DNA of 64,000 nucleotides from Candidatus Multivoraceae bacterium. GTDB taxonomy: Bacteria; Acidobacteriota; Thermoanaerobaculia; Multivoradales; Multivoraceae. The stretch is from the NCBI GenBank assembly GCA_965219625.1, contig OZ244782.1, forward strand, positions 2,343,551-2,407,550, in the 5' to 3' direction. Shown here one piece after another: positions 30,542 through 54,598 of the stretch (position 1 is its first letter; each line of letters begins with the position of its first letter). The notes under the pieces are model-generated. The model had not been told where the DNA came from. It ran no database searches and saw only the letters and a program-made list of their open reading frames with translations. The translations under genes and the position numbers were made by a program.

Positions 30542-31198
30542 ATGAGAGCCCATCTTCAGCGCGATCTTGACGGGCTGACGCACGATCTCTTGGAGATCGC
30601 CGCCATGGTCGAGGACATGATCGCCAAGTCCCTGCAGGCGTTGCGCGAACACAGGGTCGACCTGGCGCATGAGGTGCAGCGGCAGGATCGCGAGATCGAC
30701 GCGCGGGAGATCGAGGTCGAGGAGGACTGCCTGAAGGTGCTCGCACTCCATTCGCCGGTGGCGAGGGACCTGAGGCTGGTCGTGACCTACCTGAAGGTGA
30801 ACAACGACCTCGAGCGGGCCGGCGACTTGGCGCGCAACCTCGCCGAGCGCGCGGAGAGCCTGGCGGTGGCGGCGCCTCGGGATGCGCCGGCCGAGATCTG
30901 GGCAATGGCGGAGCGCATCCCTCGGATGCTCCGCCGGGCTCTCGACGCGGTCGTCCGCGAGGACACGGAGCTTGCGCGATCGGTGATCGCCGAGGACGAG
31001 GTCGTCGATCGCGCGCACGAGGCGATGTACGAAGTTGCCGCGTCGATGATCGCCGCCGACCCCGAGTCGGTGTCCGCAGTCATCCAGTATCTCTCCATCT
31101 CCCGCTACCTCGAGAGGATGGCGGACCTCGCCACGAACGTCGCGGAGGACGTCGTCTTCCTCGTCGACGGCGAGGTCGTTCGGCACCAATCCTCCTGA
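30542..31198 (+). CDS. phoU: Phosphate transport system regulator PhoU
   Basis: Two PhoU repeats (…HSPVARDLRLVVTYLKVNNDLERAGDLA… and …ISRYLERMADLATNVAE…). Confidence 0.85.
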   Translation: MRAHLQRDLDGLTHDLLEIAAMVEDMIAKSLQALREHRVDLAHEVQRQDREIDAREIEVEEDCLKVLALHSPVARDLRLVVTYLKVNNDLERAGDLARNLAERAESLAVAAPRDAPAEIWAMAERIPRMLRRALDAVVREDTELARSVIAEDEVVDRAHEAMYEVAASMIAADPESVSAVIQYLSISRYLERMADLATNVAEDVVFLVDGEVVRHQSS

Positions 31199-31239
31199 GG
31201 GGGTTTACGGCGGGAGAAGAAGTCGCTACACTCCGTCTC

Positions 31240-31288
31240 TTCCGCGCGGAGTACCGCGGAGCTGCGCTCCGAGGTGCGGGTTTTTGTG
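31240..31288 (+). terminator. Possible intrinsic terminator after phoU (short GC hairpin followed by a T-run)
   Basis: cggag-ctgcg-ctccg hairpin (31257..31271), then gcgggtttttgtg. Confidence 0.3.
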
Positions 31289-31369
31289 CGCGTCGAGGTC
31301 ACTCGGGAGCGAACAACGGGTGAATGGGACACGGATCGGAGACTTGAGGGCGGGAAACCTGAGACGGCT

Positions 31370-31444
31370 GCCCACGTGGCTCAGGGGTAGAGCACTTCCT
31401 TGGTAAGGAAGGGGTCACCGGTTCAAATCCGGTCGTGGGCTCCA
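31370..31444 (+). tRNA. tRNA-Thr (anticodon GGT)
   Basis: Acceptor gcccacg/cgtgggc, anticodon stem cttcc/ggaag with loop ttggtaa (GGT), T-loop ttcaaat, encoded CCA; sits immediately upstream of tuf (thrT-tufB-like). Confidence 0.85.
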
Positions 31445-31514
31445 GACAGCAGCGAATCGAGACAGCACTACACGGACAGTTGAACCGCTGGAGCGGGAGA
31501 GGCATACGAGCGTC

Positions 31515-32708
<1,194 letters not shown>

Positions 32709-32748
32709 CTGAAACCGGAGTAACGCGACGACTGGACTTGGGAGACTC

Positions 32749-32824
32749 AGGCCAGTAGCTCAATTGGTAGAGCATCGGTCTCCAAAACCGAAGGTTGGGG
32801 GTTCGAGACCCTCCTGGCCTGCCA
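32749..32824 (+). tRNA. tRNA-Trp (anticodon CCA)
   Basis: Acceptor aggccag/ctggcct, anticodon loop ctccaaa (CCA), T-loop ttcgaga, encoded CCA; located between tuf and secE as in many bacteria. Confidence 0.85.
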
Positions 32825-32909
32825 GACCTGCCTGCGGCCTGGACGGTGTGGCGGGAACGGGAAACGGAGAGGACGAAGCGGAGACAGATCGGCTGGGGAG
32901 ACGAGACAG

Positions 32910-33131
32910 GTGACAGAGAGTACGCAGATGACGAAGGTGGGCAGGCTCGGCGCGTTTCTCGGTGAAGTGCGCTCGGAGATGAGGAAGGTGACGTTCCCTT
33001 CGCGGGAGGAAGTCATCGGCACGACCGGCGTCGTCCTCATCACAAGCGTCATCTTCGCCATCTTCCTGTGGGTCGCCGATGTCGTCATCCTGCGTCTCTA
33101 CAACGGCCTGAACGACCTGTTCCTGCCGTAG
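32910..33131 (+). CDS. secE: Preprotein translocase subunit SecE
   Basis: Small single-TM protein, …KVTFPSREEVIGTTGVVLITSVIFAIFLWVAD…; directly upstream of nusG. Start could be ATG 32928. Confidence 0.75.
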   Translation: MTESTQMTKVGRLGAFLGEVRSEMRKVTFPSREEVIGTTGVVLITSVIFAIFLWVADVVILRLYNGLNDLFLP

Positions 33132-33164
33132 GCCGGCTGTGCGGAGAGGCGAGAGGGGAACTCG

Positions 33165-33794
33165 ATGAACGAAGTCGAAGCGGCTGCCAGGGATGCGGCG
33201 AAGCCGGCGAGCAACGGCGACGGCGGGCCCGCGCCGCAGCGGCAGTGGTACATCGTGCATACCTACTCGGGTTACGAGGAACGCGTGCGCGAGACGCTGC
33301 GGCAGCGGGCCGAGGCGCACGGCCTCGGATCGGCCCTCGGCGAGGTGCGGATCCCCACCGAGACGATCGTCGAACTGAAGGGCGGCAAGAAGAGGGAGAC
33401 GCAGCGGAAGTTCTTCCCCGGCTACATCCTCGTCGAGATCGAGTGCGAGCCGCGTGGCGACGGTCGCTTGAAGATCTCCGACCAAGCGTGGCACGTCGTG
33501 AAGAACACGCCGAAGGTGACCGGCTTCGTCGGCACCGGCAACGACCCGACTCCGCTCGACCAGGACGAGGTCGACGCGATCATTCAGAAGGTGGTCACGG
33601 CGAAGGAGAAGCCGAAGCCGAAGTACCTGTTCGAGAAGGGCGAGCAGGTGAAGATCGTGGACGGGCCTTTCAACAACTTCACCGGCACGGTGGAGGAGAT
33701 CAACCTGGAACGGAACACCCTGAAGGTCATGGTGACGATCTTCGGGCGCCAGACTCCGGTCGAACTCGAGTTCCTCCAGGTTCAGAAGACCTAG
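33165..33794 (+). CDS. nusG: Transcription termination/antitermination factor NusG
   Basis: NGN domain ([14 protein letters not shown]…) and C-terminal KOW (…[25 protein letters not shown]…). Confidence 0.9.
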   Translation: MNEVEAAARDAAKPASNGDGGPAPQRQWYIVHTYSGYEERVRETLRQRAEAHGLGSALGEVRIPTETIVELKGGKKRETQRKFFPGYILVEIECEPRGDGRLKISDQAWHVVKNTPKVTGFVGTGNDPTPLDQDEVDAIIQKVVTAKEKPKPKYLFEKGEQVKIVDGPFNNFTGTVEEINLERNTLKVMVTIFGRQTPVELEFLQVQKT

Positions 33795-33892
33795 CGCAGA
33801 AGAACCAGAGAAACGGAAAGCGGCCGCGCCGCGCGTTCTCGAGCGGAACGGCGCGGCGCGGACGGAATCGCGACAGATTCAGGTGAACAGCG

Positions 33893-34333
33893 ATGGCGAA
33901 AGCAACAGGCGGTAAGCGAGCGATCGGGCAGATCAAGCTGCAGATTCCTGCCGGCGGGGCGACCCCGGCCCCACCGGTGGGGCCTGCGCTCGGCCAAGCC
34001 GGTCTGAACATCATGGACTTCTGCAAGGCCTTCAACGCCCGGACCGAGGGGGAGGGGGGCCTGATCATCCCCGTCGTCATCACCGTCTACGCCGATCGCT
34101 CCTACACGTTCATCACGAAGACGCCTCCGGCGGCCGTGCTGCTCAGGAAGGCGGCTCTGATCGACAAGGGGTCTGCGGAGCCGAATCGCGACAAGGTCGG
34201 CACGGTGACCCGGGCGCAACTCGAGGAGATCGCTCGTACGAAGATGCCGGATCTGAACGCAATCGACCTGGACGGAGCGTGCGAGATCATCGCCGGCACC
34301 GCCCGTTCGATGGGCCTGGAGGTCGTCGCCTGA
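33893..34333 (+). CDS. rplK: 50S ribosomal protein L11
   Basis: …[36 protein letters not shown]…. Confidence 0.92.
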   Translation: MAKATGGKRAIGQIKLQIPAGGATPAPPVGPALGQAGLNIMDFCKAFNARTEGEGGLIIPVVITVYADRSYTFITKTPPAAVLLRKAALIDKGSAEPNRDKVGTVTRAQLEEIARTKMPDLNAIDLDGACEIIAGTARSMGLEVVA

Positions 34334-34367
34334 GCGGCGGTCTGGGAGAGAGCAGGGAGAACGGGCA

Positions 34368-35072
34368 GTGGCCAAGACAGGCAGAAGACACAGAGAGGCG
34401 AAAGCCCAGGTCGACGATCGGCCGTATGGGCTCGCGGAGGCCCTGGAGAGGGTCAGGAGCGGCAGCTTCGCCAAGTTCGACGAGACCGTGGAGATCGCGG
34501 TCCGCTTGGGAGTGAATCCGAGGCATGCGGACCAGATGGTGCGCGGCACGATCGTCCTCCCCCACGGAACCGGGCGCAGCGTGCGGGTCCTCGTGTTCGC
34601 GTCCGGCGAGAAGCTGCAGGAGGCCGAGGCGGCCGGGGCCGATCACGTCGGCGGCGAGGAGCTGGCGACGAAGATCCAGGGCGGCTGGCTCGATTTCGAC
34701 GCCGTCGTGGCGACTCCGGACATGATGCGGGTCGTCGGTCGCCTGGGTCGCGTACTCGGCCCCCGCGGCATGATGCCGAATCCGAAGACCGGAACAGTTA
34801 CGCCGGACGTTGCCCAGGCGATCGAGGAGATCAAGGCCGGCAAGGTGAACTTCCGGGTCGACAAGGCGGGCGTGATTCACGCGCCTCTGGGCAAGGTGTC
34901 GTTCGACGTCGAGCAGCTCCGGGAGAACGCCTTGGCCCTCCTGTCCGAGGTCATGCGGGCGCGGCCGAGTTCAGCCAAGGGCGCCTACGTGCGTTCGGTG
35001 AATCTGACGTCGACGATGGGCCCGGGGGTCCGCGTCGACACCGGCGTGACGACGGCACTGGATGCCGCCTAG
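34368..35072 (+). CDS. rplA: 50S ribosomal protein L1
   Basis: GTG start; …[34 protein letters not shown]…. Confidence 0.92.
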   Translation: MAKTGRRHREAKAQVDDRPYGLAEALERVRSGSFAKFDETVEIAVRLGVNPRHADQMVRGTIVLPHGTGRSVRVLVFASGEKLQEAEAAGADHVGGEELATKIQGGWLDFDAVVATPDMMRVVGRLGRVLGPRGMMPNPKTGTVTPDVAQAIEEIKAGKVNFRVDKAGVIHAPLGKVSFDVEQLRENALALLSEVMRARPSSAKGAYVRSVNLTSTMGPGVRVDTGVTTALDAA

Positions 35073-35105
35073 GCCGGCAGGCTGGATTGCGAAGGAGTTG
35101 AACGA

Positions 35106-35645
35106 ATGGCACTGACGAGGGAGACGAAGGCCGAGCTCCTGGCCGGCTATCAGGACGAGATGGCAGGCGCCGCGCACGCCTTCGTCGTCGGCTTCTCGGG
35201 CATCACCGTGCGCCAGGTCGACGATCTGCGGCGCCGCGTGCGAACTGCCGGCGGCAAGTACTCGGTCGTCAAGAACCGGATCGCCCGGATCGCGTTCGAG
35301 GACAGCAGCATGGGTGAGCTGTCGGAGCATCTGAGCGGGCCGACGGCGATCGCCTACAGCAGCGACGACCCGGTCGGTCTCGCGAAGACCCTGACCGAGT
35401 TCGCCAAGGACGTTCCCGTACTCGAGTTCAAGGGTGGGCTGGTGGACGGGCAGAAGGTGTCGGCGGACGCGATCGAGGAGATCGCGAATCTGCCCGGCAG
35501 GGATGCTCTCATCGCGAAGCTCCTGTTCCTGTTGCAGTCGCCGATGGCGCGGCTGGTGCGGGGCCTGGGCGATGTGACGCCGCAGTTGCTGCGGGCGTTG
35601 AACCAGATCGCGGAGCAGAAGGGACAGGGCTCTGAGCAGCCCTGA
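35106..35645 (+). CDS. rplJ: 50S ribosomal protein L10
   Basis: MALTRETKAELLAGYQDEMAGAAHAFVVGFSGITVRQVDDLRRRVR…. Confidence 0.9.
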   Translation: MALTRETKAELLAGYQDEMAGAAHAFVVGFSGITVRQVDDLRRRVRTAGGKYSVVKNRIARIAFEDSSMGELSEHLSGPTAIAYSSDDPVGLAKTLTEFAKDVPVLEFKGGLVDGQKVSADAIEEIANLPGRDALIAKLLFLLQSPMARLVRGLGDVTPQLLRALNQIAEQKGQGSEQP

Positions 35646-35708
35646 ATCGATGACTGGAATGGCGGCGCTCCACTGGGCGCCGTCGAGATCGGAAGGGGAT
35701 TGAAGACG

Positions 35709-36089
35709 ATGGCAGTAGCAGCAGCGGATCTGATCAAGCAGATCGACGAGATGACCGTGCTCGAGCTGAACACGCTGGTCAAGGAACTTGAAGAGCACTA
35801 TGGCGTGTCGGCGGCAGCCGCGGCGGTCCCGATGGCCGCGGCGGGTGGAGACGCGGTCGCCGAGGAGGCGGAAGAGCAGACCGAGTTCGACGTCCAGTTG
35901 ACCTCGTTCGGCGACAAGAAGATCGCGGTGATCAAGGTCATTCGCGAGGTGACGAGCCTCGGCCTGAAGGAGGCGAAGGATCTCGTCGAATCGGTGCCGG
36001 TCGCCGTCAAGGAGGGCGTTGCGCGGGACGAGGCCGACGAGATCAAGGGCAAGATCGAGGAGGCCGGCGGCCAGGCCGAGGTCAAGTAG
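35709..36089 (+). CDS. rplL: 50S ribosomal protein L7/L12
   Basis: [33 protein letters not shown]…[27 protein letters not shown]…. Confidence 0.92.
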   Translation: MAVAAADLIKQIDEMTVLELNTLVKELEEHYGVSAAAAAVPMAAAGGDAVAEEAEEQTEFDVQLTSFGDKKIAVIKVIREVTSLGLKEAKDLVESVPVAVKEGVARDEADEIKGKIEEAGGQAEVK

Positions 36090-36306
36090 CCATTCCGGCT
36101 TTCGATCCCTTCGCCGGTCGGTCTGGACTTCCAATCGACCATCCTCGACCCGGCATGCGGCCCCGGGGCGCCATCCGTATGGCCGTTCCGCCGCCGCGTT
36201 CCCTCCTGCCGCCTGCGAACCGCAGCGGGGCTCTCTTCGCGAATCGAAACAAACCTGCCTTGCCCTCGGCCTTGTCGAGAGGACTCGGAACAGAGGACAT
36301 CGAAGC

Positions 36307-40593
<4,287 letters not shown>

Positions 40594-40604
40594 GAGGTCG
40601 CCTG

Positions 40605-44795
<4,191 letters not shown>

Positions 44796-45126
44796 GGGTG
44801 ACTCCGGGGTTGCTGGAGCACTCTCGTTTCTGCTAGCGTTCGCCGTCTTGTGCGGCCCGCGCGGCGCGGGTCGAGACCAGATCATCCATTCACGTCTGCG
44901 AGTCAGGCCTCAAACCGGGTGCGAGCCCGGTGCCGAGATCAGCGTTCACGCTGTGCACGGTTGTCGGCTTGGCCGTTCCGGTCTCGGTACCGGTTGGTGG
45001 TTCCGGTGTCGTCGTCTTCTGGCGACTTCGCATTCCCGCTCTTCGGCGGGTTGCTTGGCCTGGGCCGATCTCGACCGGTTGTGAGATGAGCTAGAGAGTA
45101 GAGAGACTGCGAGAGTCAGGAGATCC

Positions 45127-45501
45127 ATGCCCACGATTCGTCAACTCGTCCGCAAGGGCCGTCAGCGCCAAGTCGTCAAGACGAAGAGTCCGGCGCTCCA
45201 GGGTTCGCCGCAACGGCGGGGCGTGTGCGTACGGGTCTACACGCAGACGCCGAAGAAGCCGAACTCGGCTCTGCGCAAGGTGGCGCGGGTCCGGCTGACG
45301 AACGGCATTGAAGTGACGACGTACATCCCAGGCGTCGGCCACAACCTCCAGGAGCACTCGATCGTGCTGATTCGCGGAGGACGCGTGAAGGACCTTCCCG
45401 GGGTCCGCTACCACGTGATTCGCGGCACCCTGGATGCCGTCGGCGTCGACGAGCGACGTCGCGGGCGATCGAAGTACGGCGCGAAGCGCCCCAAGAACTG
45501 A
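45127..45501 (+). CDS. rpsL: 30S ribosomal protein S12
   Basis: [52 protein letters not shown]…. Confidence 0.95.
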   Translation: MPTIRQLVRKGRQRQVVKTKSPALQGSPQRRGVCVRVYTQTPKKPNSALRKVARVRLTNGIEVTTYIPGVGHNLQEHSIVLIRGGRVKDLPGVRYHVIRGTLDAVGVDERRRGRSKYGAKRPKN

Positions 45502-45511
45502 GAACCAGACG

Positions 45512-45985
45512 ATGCCTCGACGCCGCGAAGTACCGAAGCGCCAGATTCTGCCGGACCCGCTGTATCACTCGCAGTTGGTCAGCAAGTTCGTCAACGTCCT
45601 GATGAAGGACGGCAAGAAGTCGGTTGCCGAGCGCATCCTCTACGATGCACTCGCGACGATCAAGGAACGCACTGGCGAGGACGATCCGATCGCCGTCTTC
45701 CAGAAGGCGATCGACAACGTGAAGCCGGCGGTCGAGGTCAAGTCGAGGCGGGTCGGCGGTTCGACCTACCAGGTGCCGATCGAGGTGCGTCCTGCGCGGA
45801 AGCTGGCCTTGGCGATGCGGTGGCTGATTCAGGCGGCGAAGGGACGTGGCGAGAAGACGATGAGACTGCGGTTGGCTGGCGAGCTGCTCGACGCAGCCGA
45901 GAACCGCGGTGTAGCGATCAAGAGGAAAGAGGACACCCACCGAATGGCAGAAGCGAACAGGGCCTTCTCCCACTACCGCTGGTAG
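45512..45985 (+). CDS. rpsG: 30S ribosomal protein S7
   Basis: [42 protein letters not shown]…. Confidence 0.95.
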   Translation: MPRRREVPKRQILPDPLYHSQLVSKFVNVLMKDGKKSVAERILYDALATIKERTGEDDPIAVFQKAIDNVKPAVEVKSRRVGGSTYQVPIEVRPARKLALAMRWLIQAAKGRGEKTMRLRLAGELLDAAENRGVAIKRKEDTHRMAEANRAFSHYRW

Positions 45986-46173
45986 CGACCGCCTTCGGGC
46001 GACCCTGGTCGGGTCGCCGGACGCGCTGCGGCCACCGGTCGGTCTGTGCCCGTCCCGGCGTCCGCCGCCCCGAATCCCGTGGCGGCGTAGCCCGCGCCAT
46101 GCCTGCACGCCCTGGCCAATCCCAGACGACCCGTTCCGCTCGACGACTCCTCCCCCTAACGACCTCCGTCATC

Positions 46174-48246
<2,073 letters not shown>

Positions 48247-48299
48247 CAGGGCCTCGGGCGTTCGACACAGTGATCATCCAGGTATAGCAGGAGCGGAAC

Positions 48300-49493
<1,194 letters not shown>

Positions 49494-49548
49494 CTGAAAC
49501 CGGGCTTGCTTCAAGGCGATTCGCGCAAGGTTGGAATTCGAGGGAACG

Positions 49549-49863
49549 ATGAACGAGAAGATCCGTATCCGGCTCAAGGCCTTCGACTACCGCATCCTGG
49601 ATACCTCGACGCACGAGATCGTCGACACCGCTCGGCGTAGCGGCGCCCGTGTCGTGGGTCCGATCCCGTTGCCGACCCATATCTCCCGCTATACCGTGAA
49701 CCGATCCCCGCACGTGGACAAGAAATCGCGGGAGCAGTTCGAGATCCGTACTCACAAGCGGCTCCTGGATATTTTCGAGCCCACGAGTCAGACGGTCGAC
49801 GCGTTGATGAAGCTCGAGCTTCCCGCCGGTGTCGACGTCGAGATCAAGGCGTTCGGAAGTTGA
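49549..49863 (+). CDS. rpsJ: 30S ribosomal protein S10
   Basis: [43 protein letters not shown]…. Confidence 0.93.
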   Translation: MNEKIRIRLKAFDYRILDTSTHEIVDTARRSGARVVGPIPLPTHISRYTVNRSPHVDKKSREQFEIRTHKRLLDIFEPTSQTVDALMKLELPAGVDVEIKAFGS

Positions 49864-49891
49864 GGCGACGAGGCGAGCGGGAGGAGACGCG

Positions 49892-50524
49892 GTGAGCGCA
49901 AGCAAGGGGCTTCTGGGGCGGAAGATCGGCATGACGCAGATCTACGCCGAAGACGGCGCGGTCGTGCCGGTGACGGTCATTCGGGTCGGTCCGTGTCGCG
50001 TGGTGCAACGCAAGACGGAGGCCTCGGACGGTTACGAGGCGGTGCAGATCGGCCTCGTCGAGGAACGTCCCCAGCGGCGGGTCAACGAACCCCGTCGGGG
50101 CCACTTCAAGAAGGCCGGCGTGGAGCCGATGCGTCACCTGGCGGAGTTGCGGGTTGAGGCGGGCGACGAATCGGCGCCCGGCGACGAAATCGAGGCCTCG
50201 ATTTTCGAGGTCGGCGCCCAGGTCGACGTGATCGGCACCGGCAAGGGAAAAGGCTTCCAAGGCGTCATGCGCCGCCACGGTTTCGGCGGCGGTCGCGCTA
50301 CCCATGGTTCGATGTTTCATCGAGCGCCGGGTTCGGTTGGACAGTCGGCGAGTCCGTCCCGCGTCTTCCCCGGCATGCGTTTTCCGGGCCGCATGGGCGG
50401 CAAGCGGGTGACGACGAAGGGGCTCCGAGTCGTCAAGGTCGACGCCGAAGAGAACCTGCTCTATGTGCGGGGCGCAGTGCCGGGCGCGAAGCAGGGGCTC
50501 GTCCTCGTGCGGAGTTCGGTCTGA
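49892..50524 (+). CDS. rplC: 50S ribosomal protein L3
   Basis: GTG start with upstream gggaggag RBS; …KGLLGRKIGMTQIYAEDG…. Confidence 0.9.
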   Translation: MSASKGLLGRKIGMTQIYAEDGAVVPVTVIRVGPCRVVQRKTEASDGYEAVQIGLVEERPQRRVNEPRRGHFKKAGVEPMRHLAELRVEAGDESAPGDEIEASIFEVGAQVDVIGTGKGKGFQGVMRRHGFGGGRATHGSMFHRAPGSVGQSASPSRVFPGMRFPGRMGGKRVTTKGLRVVKVDAEENLLYVRGAVPGAKQGLVLVRSSV

Positions 50525-51177
50525 TGGCACAGGTGGCAGTCAGGAGTCTCGACAACGAGGCGAAGGGCAACCTCGAGCTGCCGGACGAGGTCTTCGGCTA
50601 TCCGTACAAGGAACACCTGATCCACCTCGCGGTCGTGGCCGTCCGTGCCGCAGAGCGGGCCGGGACCCACCAGGTCAAGGGTCGCCACGAGGTCCGCGGC
50701 GGCGGGGCGAAGCCCTTCCGGCAGAAGGGGACGGGGCGAGCGCGCGCCGGCAGTCGCCGCTCGCCGCTGTGGCGAGGCGGCGGCGTCGTTCATGGTCCGC
50801 GACCGCGGAGCTACCGGAACAAGCTGTCGCGGAACGAGAAGCGCAACGCGCTGAAGTCGGCGCTGTCGCGGAGGTTGCTCGAGGAGAGGATCGTCGTTGT
50901 CGACTCGCTCGAGCTCGACAGTTACAAGACGGCCGCTCTGGCGGCTCGTCTGGCCGGCCTGGGCATCGACGAGAAGGCGCTCATCGTCGACCGCCACGAC
51001 AATCGAAACCTCATGCTCGCGTCACGCAACCACCCGCGGCTCAAGGCGGTCGACGCGTTGGGCGTGAACGTCTACGACGTCGTCGACCGGACGTATCTTG
51101 TCTTCAGTTCGAGCGCGATCGAGCTGCTGTCGACGGTCCTGCAGCGGCGAAGCGGCAAGGAACGGAGCGAGTCATGA
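50524..51177 (+). CDS. rplD: 50S ribosomal protein L4
   Basis: ATG overlaps the rplC stop; …GGGAKPFRQKGTGRARAGSRRSPLWRGGG…. Confidence 0.92.
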   Translation: MAQVAVRSLDNEAKGNLELPDEVFGYPYKEHLIHLAVVAVRAAERAGTHQVKGRHEVRGGGAKPFRQKGTGRARAGSRRSPLWRGGGVVHGPRPRSYRNKLSRNEKRNALKSALSRRLLEERIVVVDSLELDSYKTAALAARLAGLGIDEKALIVDRHDNRNLMLASRNHPRLKAVDALGVNVYDVVDRTYLVFSSSAIELLSTVLQRRSGKERSES

Positions 51178-51461
51178 GGATGCAGGAGATCCTGCGGCGA
51201 CCGCTGATCACCGAGAAGTCGACCGCGCTTCGAGACGAGCGGAACATCATCGCCTTTGCTGTCGATTCCCGGGCGAACAAGATCGAGGTCCGACGCGCTG
51301 TCGAAGCCCAGTTCAAGGGTGTCAAGGTCGCCGAGGTCCGGATCGTCAACGTTCACGGCAAGGTCCGGCGCCAGGGCCGCTTCGTCGGTCGACGCGCCGA
51401 TTGGAAGAAAGCATACGTACGGCTGGCCGAGGGCCAGATCGATCTCTTCGACAACGTCTAG
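51174..51461 (+). CDS. rplW: 50S ribosomal protein L23
   Basis: [39 protein letters not shown]…. Confidence 0.92.
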   Translation: MRMQEILRRPLITEKSTALRDERNIIAFAVDSRANKIEVRRAVEAQFKGVKVAEVRIVNVHGKVRRQGRFVGRRADWKKAYVRLAEGQIDLFDNV

Positions 51462-51471
51462 TCAATCTGCG

Positions 51472-52302
51472 ATGGCGATCAAGAAACTCAAACCGACGAA
51501 CCCCGCGAGCCGCTTCCAGGAGTACGCTGAGCGGACCCAGGTAACGGCCGAACGGCCGCACAAGGCGCTCGTCGAAGGCAAGAAGCGGATCAGCGGTCGG
51601 AACAACAGAGGCCGGCAGACTCTTCGCTTCCGCGGCGGCGGGCATAAGCGGCGTTACCGGCGCATCGACTTCAAGCGCGACAAGGTGGGCGTGCCGGCGA
51701 AGGTGGCCACCATCGAGTACGACCCGAATCGGAGTGCGCTGATCGCCCTGTTGCACTATGCCGACGGCGAGAAGCGTTACATCCTTCATCCCCAGGGACT
51801 CAAGCTGGGCGCCGTGGTTCAGTCCGGCGAGGGCGCCGAGATCGATGTCGGGAATTCCCTGCCAATCCGATTGATTCCCCTGGGCACGATCATCCACAAC
51901 ATCGAGCTCCAGATCGGTGGTGGCGGGCAGATGGTGCGGAGCGCAGGCGCCGGGGCTCAACTCATGGCCCGGGAAGGTTCCTACGCCCAGATCCGACTGC
52001 CTTCGGGCGAGGTGCGTCGAGTGCATATCGACTGCTCGGCGACGATTGGTCAGGTTGGCAACCAGGAGCATTCGAACGTCGCCCTCGGCAAGGCGGGGCG
52101 CAGCCGCTGGCGTGGCCGTCGTCCGCACAACCGAGGCGTGTCGATGAACCCCGTCGATCACCCGATGGGCGGCGGCGAAGGCAAGGCCTCTGGCGGTCGC
52201 CATCCGACGACGCCGTGGGGCAAGCCCACGAAGGGCTACAAGACCCGACGCAACAAGCGGACAGACAACATGATCGTGCGGCGACGCCGACGCCGCAAGT
52301 AG
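51472..52302 (+). CDS. rplB: 50S ribosomal protein L2
   Basis: [16 protein letters not shown]…[15 protein letters not shown]…. Confidence 0.95.
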   Translation: MAIKKLKPTNPASRFQEYAERTQVTAERPHKALVEGKKRISGRNNRGRQTLRFRGGGHKRRYRRIDFKRDKVGVPAKVATIEYDPNRSALIALLHYADGEKRYILHPQGLKLGAVVQSGEGAEIDVGNSLPIRLIPLGTIIHNIELQIGGGGQMVRSAGAGAQLMAREGSYAQIRLPSGEVRRVHIDCSATIGQVGNQEHSNVALGKAGRSRWRGRRPHNRGVSMNPVDHPMGGGEGKASGGRHPTTPWGKPTKGYKTRRNKRTDNMIVRRRRRRK

Positions 52303-52332
52303 GGCTGCGGGCAGCACGAGACAGAGGGCAGC

Positions 52333-52620
52333 ATGGGACGTTCACTCAAGAAGGGCTACTTCATCGACAATCACCTGTTCGACAAGGTTGCCGCGATGAA
52401 TGCGACCGGCGACCGCCGGGTGATCAAGACCTGGTCGCGTCGGTCGACGATCATCCCGGAAATGGTCGGACACACGATTGCCGTGCACAACGGCATGAAG
52501 TTCATTCCGGTCTTCGTCAGCGAGAACATGGTCGGGCACAAGCTCGGCGAGTTTGCGCAGACACGGACCTTCCGCGGGCATGCCGGCGGCGCCAGGGAGC
52601 GTCGCGCGCGGCCCCGCTAG
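52333..52620 (+). CDS. rpsS: 30S ribosomal protein S19
   Basis: [19 protein letters not shown]…[22 protein letters not shown]…. Confidence 0.93.
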   Translation: MGRSLKKGYFIDNHLFDKVAAMNATGDRRVIKTWSRRSTIIPEMVGHTIAVHNGMKFIPVFVSENMVGHKLGEFAQTRTFRGHAGGARERRARPR

Positions 52621-52632
52621 CAGCGAAAGAAG

Positions 52633-52989
52633 ATGGAAGCGATAGCACGACTCAAGTACCTGCAGGCGTCGCCGCAGAAGGTGCGCCTGGTCGCGGATCA
52701 GATCCGCGGGATGAACGTGGAGGAAGCGTCGGCTCTCCTCCAACTCAGCGCAAAGTACGCGGCGAAGCCGTTGGCCAAGCTGCTGCGGTCAGCGGTCGCC
52801 AACGCTGAAGATCGTGATCCGGCAGTCGATATCGCGGAGCTCTACATCCGGGAGATCTTCGTCGACGGCGGACCGACGCTCAAGCGTCTTCGGCCGCAGC
52901 CGATGGGCAGGGCGTTTCGCATTCTCAAGCGGCAGAGTCACGTCACGATCAAGCTCGATTCCCGCGGTTCCGCGGCGAAGGCAACCTAG
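52633..52989 (+). CDS. rplV: 50S ribosomal protein L22
   Basis: [37 protein letters not shown]…. Confidence 0.92.
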   Translation: MEAIARLKYLQASPQKVRLVADQIRGMNVEEASALLQLSAKYAAKPLAKLLRSAVANAEDRDPAVDIAELYIREIFVDGGPTLKRLRPQPMGRAFRILKRQSHVTIKLDSRGSAAKAT

Positions 52990-52997
52990 GAGCGGTC

Positions 52998-53648
52998 ATG
53001 GGCCAGAAGACACATCCGTACGGCTTCCGCCTGGTCTACAACCAGGGCTGGCACTCGCGCTGGTACGCGGAACGGGACTACGCGGGTACCCTGCATTCGG
53101 ACATTCAGCTCAGGACCGGTCTGAAGAAGCGACTCATGCACGCCGGCGTCAGTCAGATCGATATCGAGCGCGCAGCGGACAAGCTGCGGGTGACGATCTA
53201 CACCTCGCGGCCGGGGATCATCATCGGCCGCAAGGGCGCCGAGGTTGACAAACTGCGGGACCACCTCGCCCGCCAGATGGGCCAAGAGGTGCATATCAAC
53301 ATTCAGGAGATCCAGCGGCCGGAACTCGACGCGCAACTCGTCGCCGAGGCGATTTCCGGTCAGCTCCTGCGTCGTGTCGCCTTCCGGCGGGCGATGAAGA
53401 AAGCGATGGAATCGGCCTTCCGGTTCGGCGCGAAAGGTGTCAAGATCATGGTCGCCGGTCGGCTTGGCGGCAACGAAATCGCTCGTACCGAGTGGTATCA
53501 GGAGGGTCGGTTGCCGCTTCATACGCTGAAGGCCGACATCGACTACGGGTTCGCCGAGGCCTACACGACCTACGGCGTGATCGGCGTCAAGGTCTGGATC
53601 TACCGTGGCGACCTGTCGCGGGAGCGGGGGCGCCGCACGGCGGCGTAG
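52998..53648 (+). CDS. rpsC: 30S ribosomal protein S3
   Basis: [28 protein letters not shown]… (KH domain). Confidence 0.93.
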   Translation: MGQKTHPYGFRLVYNQGWHSRWYAERDYAGTLHSDIQLRTGLKKRLMHAGVSQIDIERAADKLRVTIYTSRPGIIIGRKGAEVDKLRDHLARQMGQEVHINIQEIQRPELDAQLVAEAISGQLLRRVAFRRAMKKAMESAFRFGAKGVKIMVAGRLGGNEIARTEWYQEGRLPLHTLKADIDYGFAEAYTTYGVIGVKVWIYRGDLSRERGRRTAA

Positions 53649-53687
53649 ACCGACGACCGCTTGGGGATGTGAGGGAGCAACAAGAAA

Positions 53688-54107
53688 ATGTTGATGCCGA
53701 AGAAGGTCAAGTTTCGCAAGCACCACCGAGGCCGTCGTCGTGGCATGGCGAAGGGCGGCAACGTGGTTTCCTTTGGCGAGTACGGCCTGCAGGCACAGGA
53801 GGCCGGCTGGGTGACGGCCCGTCAGATCGAGTCGGCGCGAATCGCGATCACGCGCCACATCAAGCGGACCGGCAAGGTCTGGATTCGCGTGTTTCCGGAC
53901 AAGCCGATCACGAAGAAGCCACTCGAGACGAGAATGGGAAAGGGCAAGGGCAACCCGGAGGAATGGGTCGCGGTCGTGCGCCCCGCCCGGATCCTCTACG
54001 AGCTGGAGGGTGTGTCGGAAGACCTGGCGAAGTCGGCGATGCGGCTTGCATCCCACAAGCTCGGCATCAAGACCCGGTTCGTCAGCCGGCAGAGCGTCCG
54101 GATGTGA
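53688..54107 (+). CDS. rplP: 50S ribosomal protein L16
   Basis: [25 protein letters not shown]…. Confidence 0.93.
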   Translation: MLMPKKVKFRKHHRGRRRGMAKGGNVVSFGEYGLQAQEAGWVTARQIESARIAITRHIKRTGKVWIRVFPDKPITKKPLETRMGKGKGNPEEWVAVVRPARILYELEGVSEDLAKSAMRLASHKLGIKTRFVSRQSVRM

Positions 54108-54120
54108 AGGTGGCGAAGCG

Positions 54121-54309
54121 ATGAAGGCAAGCGAACTGCGGGAACTTACCGACGACGAACTGCGGCAGAAGGAGGACGAGCTGGCTGATCAGTTGTTCGC
54201 GCTTCGGTTGCAGAAGTCGATCGGACAGCTTGAAAAGCCAAGTCGGATCAGGAACGCCCGCGTCGAGTTGGCACGGGTTCTGACGGTCCTGCGCGAGAGG
54301 GCGAAGTGA
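54121..54309 (+). CDS. rpmC: 50S ribosomal protein L29
   Basis: MKASELRELTDDELRQKEDELADQLFALRLQKSIGQLEK…. Confidence 0.9.
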   Translation: MKASELRELTDDELRQKEDELADQLFALRLQKSIGQLEKPSRIRNARVELARVLTVLRERAK

Positions 54310-54590
54310 ACCAAATGAACGTGGAACAGAACACCCAGCGGGGGCGCCGCCAGGTCCGGGTGGGCCAGGTAGTCAGCGCGAAGATGGACAAGACGGTGGT
54401 CGTCGCGGTCGAGAAGACCGTCATGCATCGGCTCTACCATCGGCTGATGAAGAAGTCGTCGCGGTTCGTCGCTCATGACGAGTCGAACGACTGTCGCGAG
54501 GGGGACACCGTGTCCCTGATCTCGACCCGTCCGCTGTCGCGTCGCAAGCGGTGGCGCGTGCAGCGGATCGTCAAGCGGGCGGAAGGTTAG
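54306..54590 (+). CDS. rpsQ: 30S ribosomal protein S17
   Basis: GTG overlapping the rpmC stop; …[33 protein letters not shown]…. Confidence 0.9.
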   Translation: MNQMNVEQNTQRGRRQVRVGQVVSAKMDKTVVVAVEKTVMHRLYHRLMKKSSRFVAHDESNDCREGDTVSLISTRPLSRRKRWRVQRIVKRAEG

Positions 54591-54598
54591 GCCGGGCG

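Noticed and set aside
44796-45126. GC-rich hairpin (cccgcgcggcgcggg) in the rpoC-rpsL spacer as a possible terminator
   Set aside because: No downstream T-tract. Many such GC palindromes occur by chance at this GC content. Not reported as a feature.
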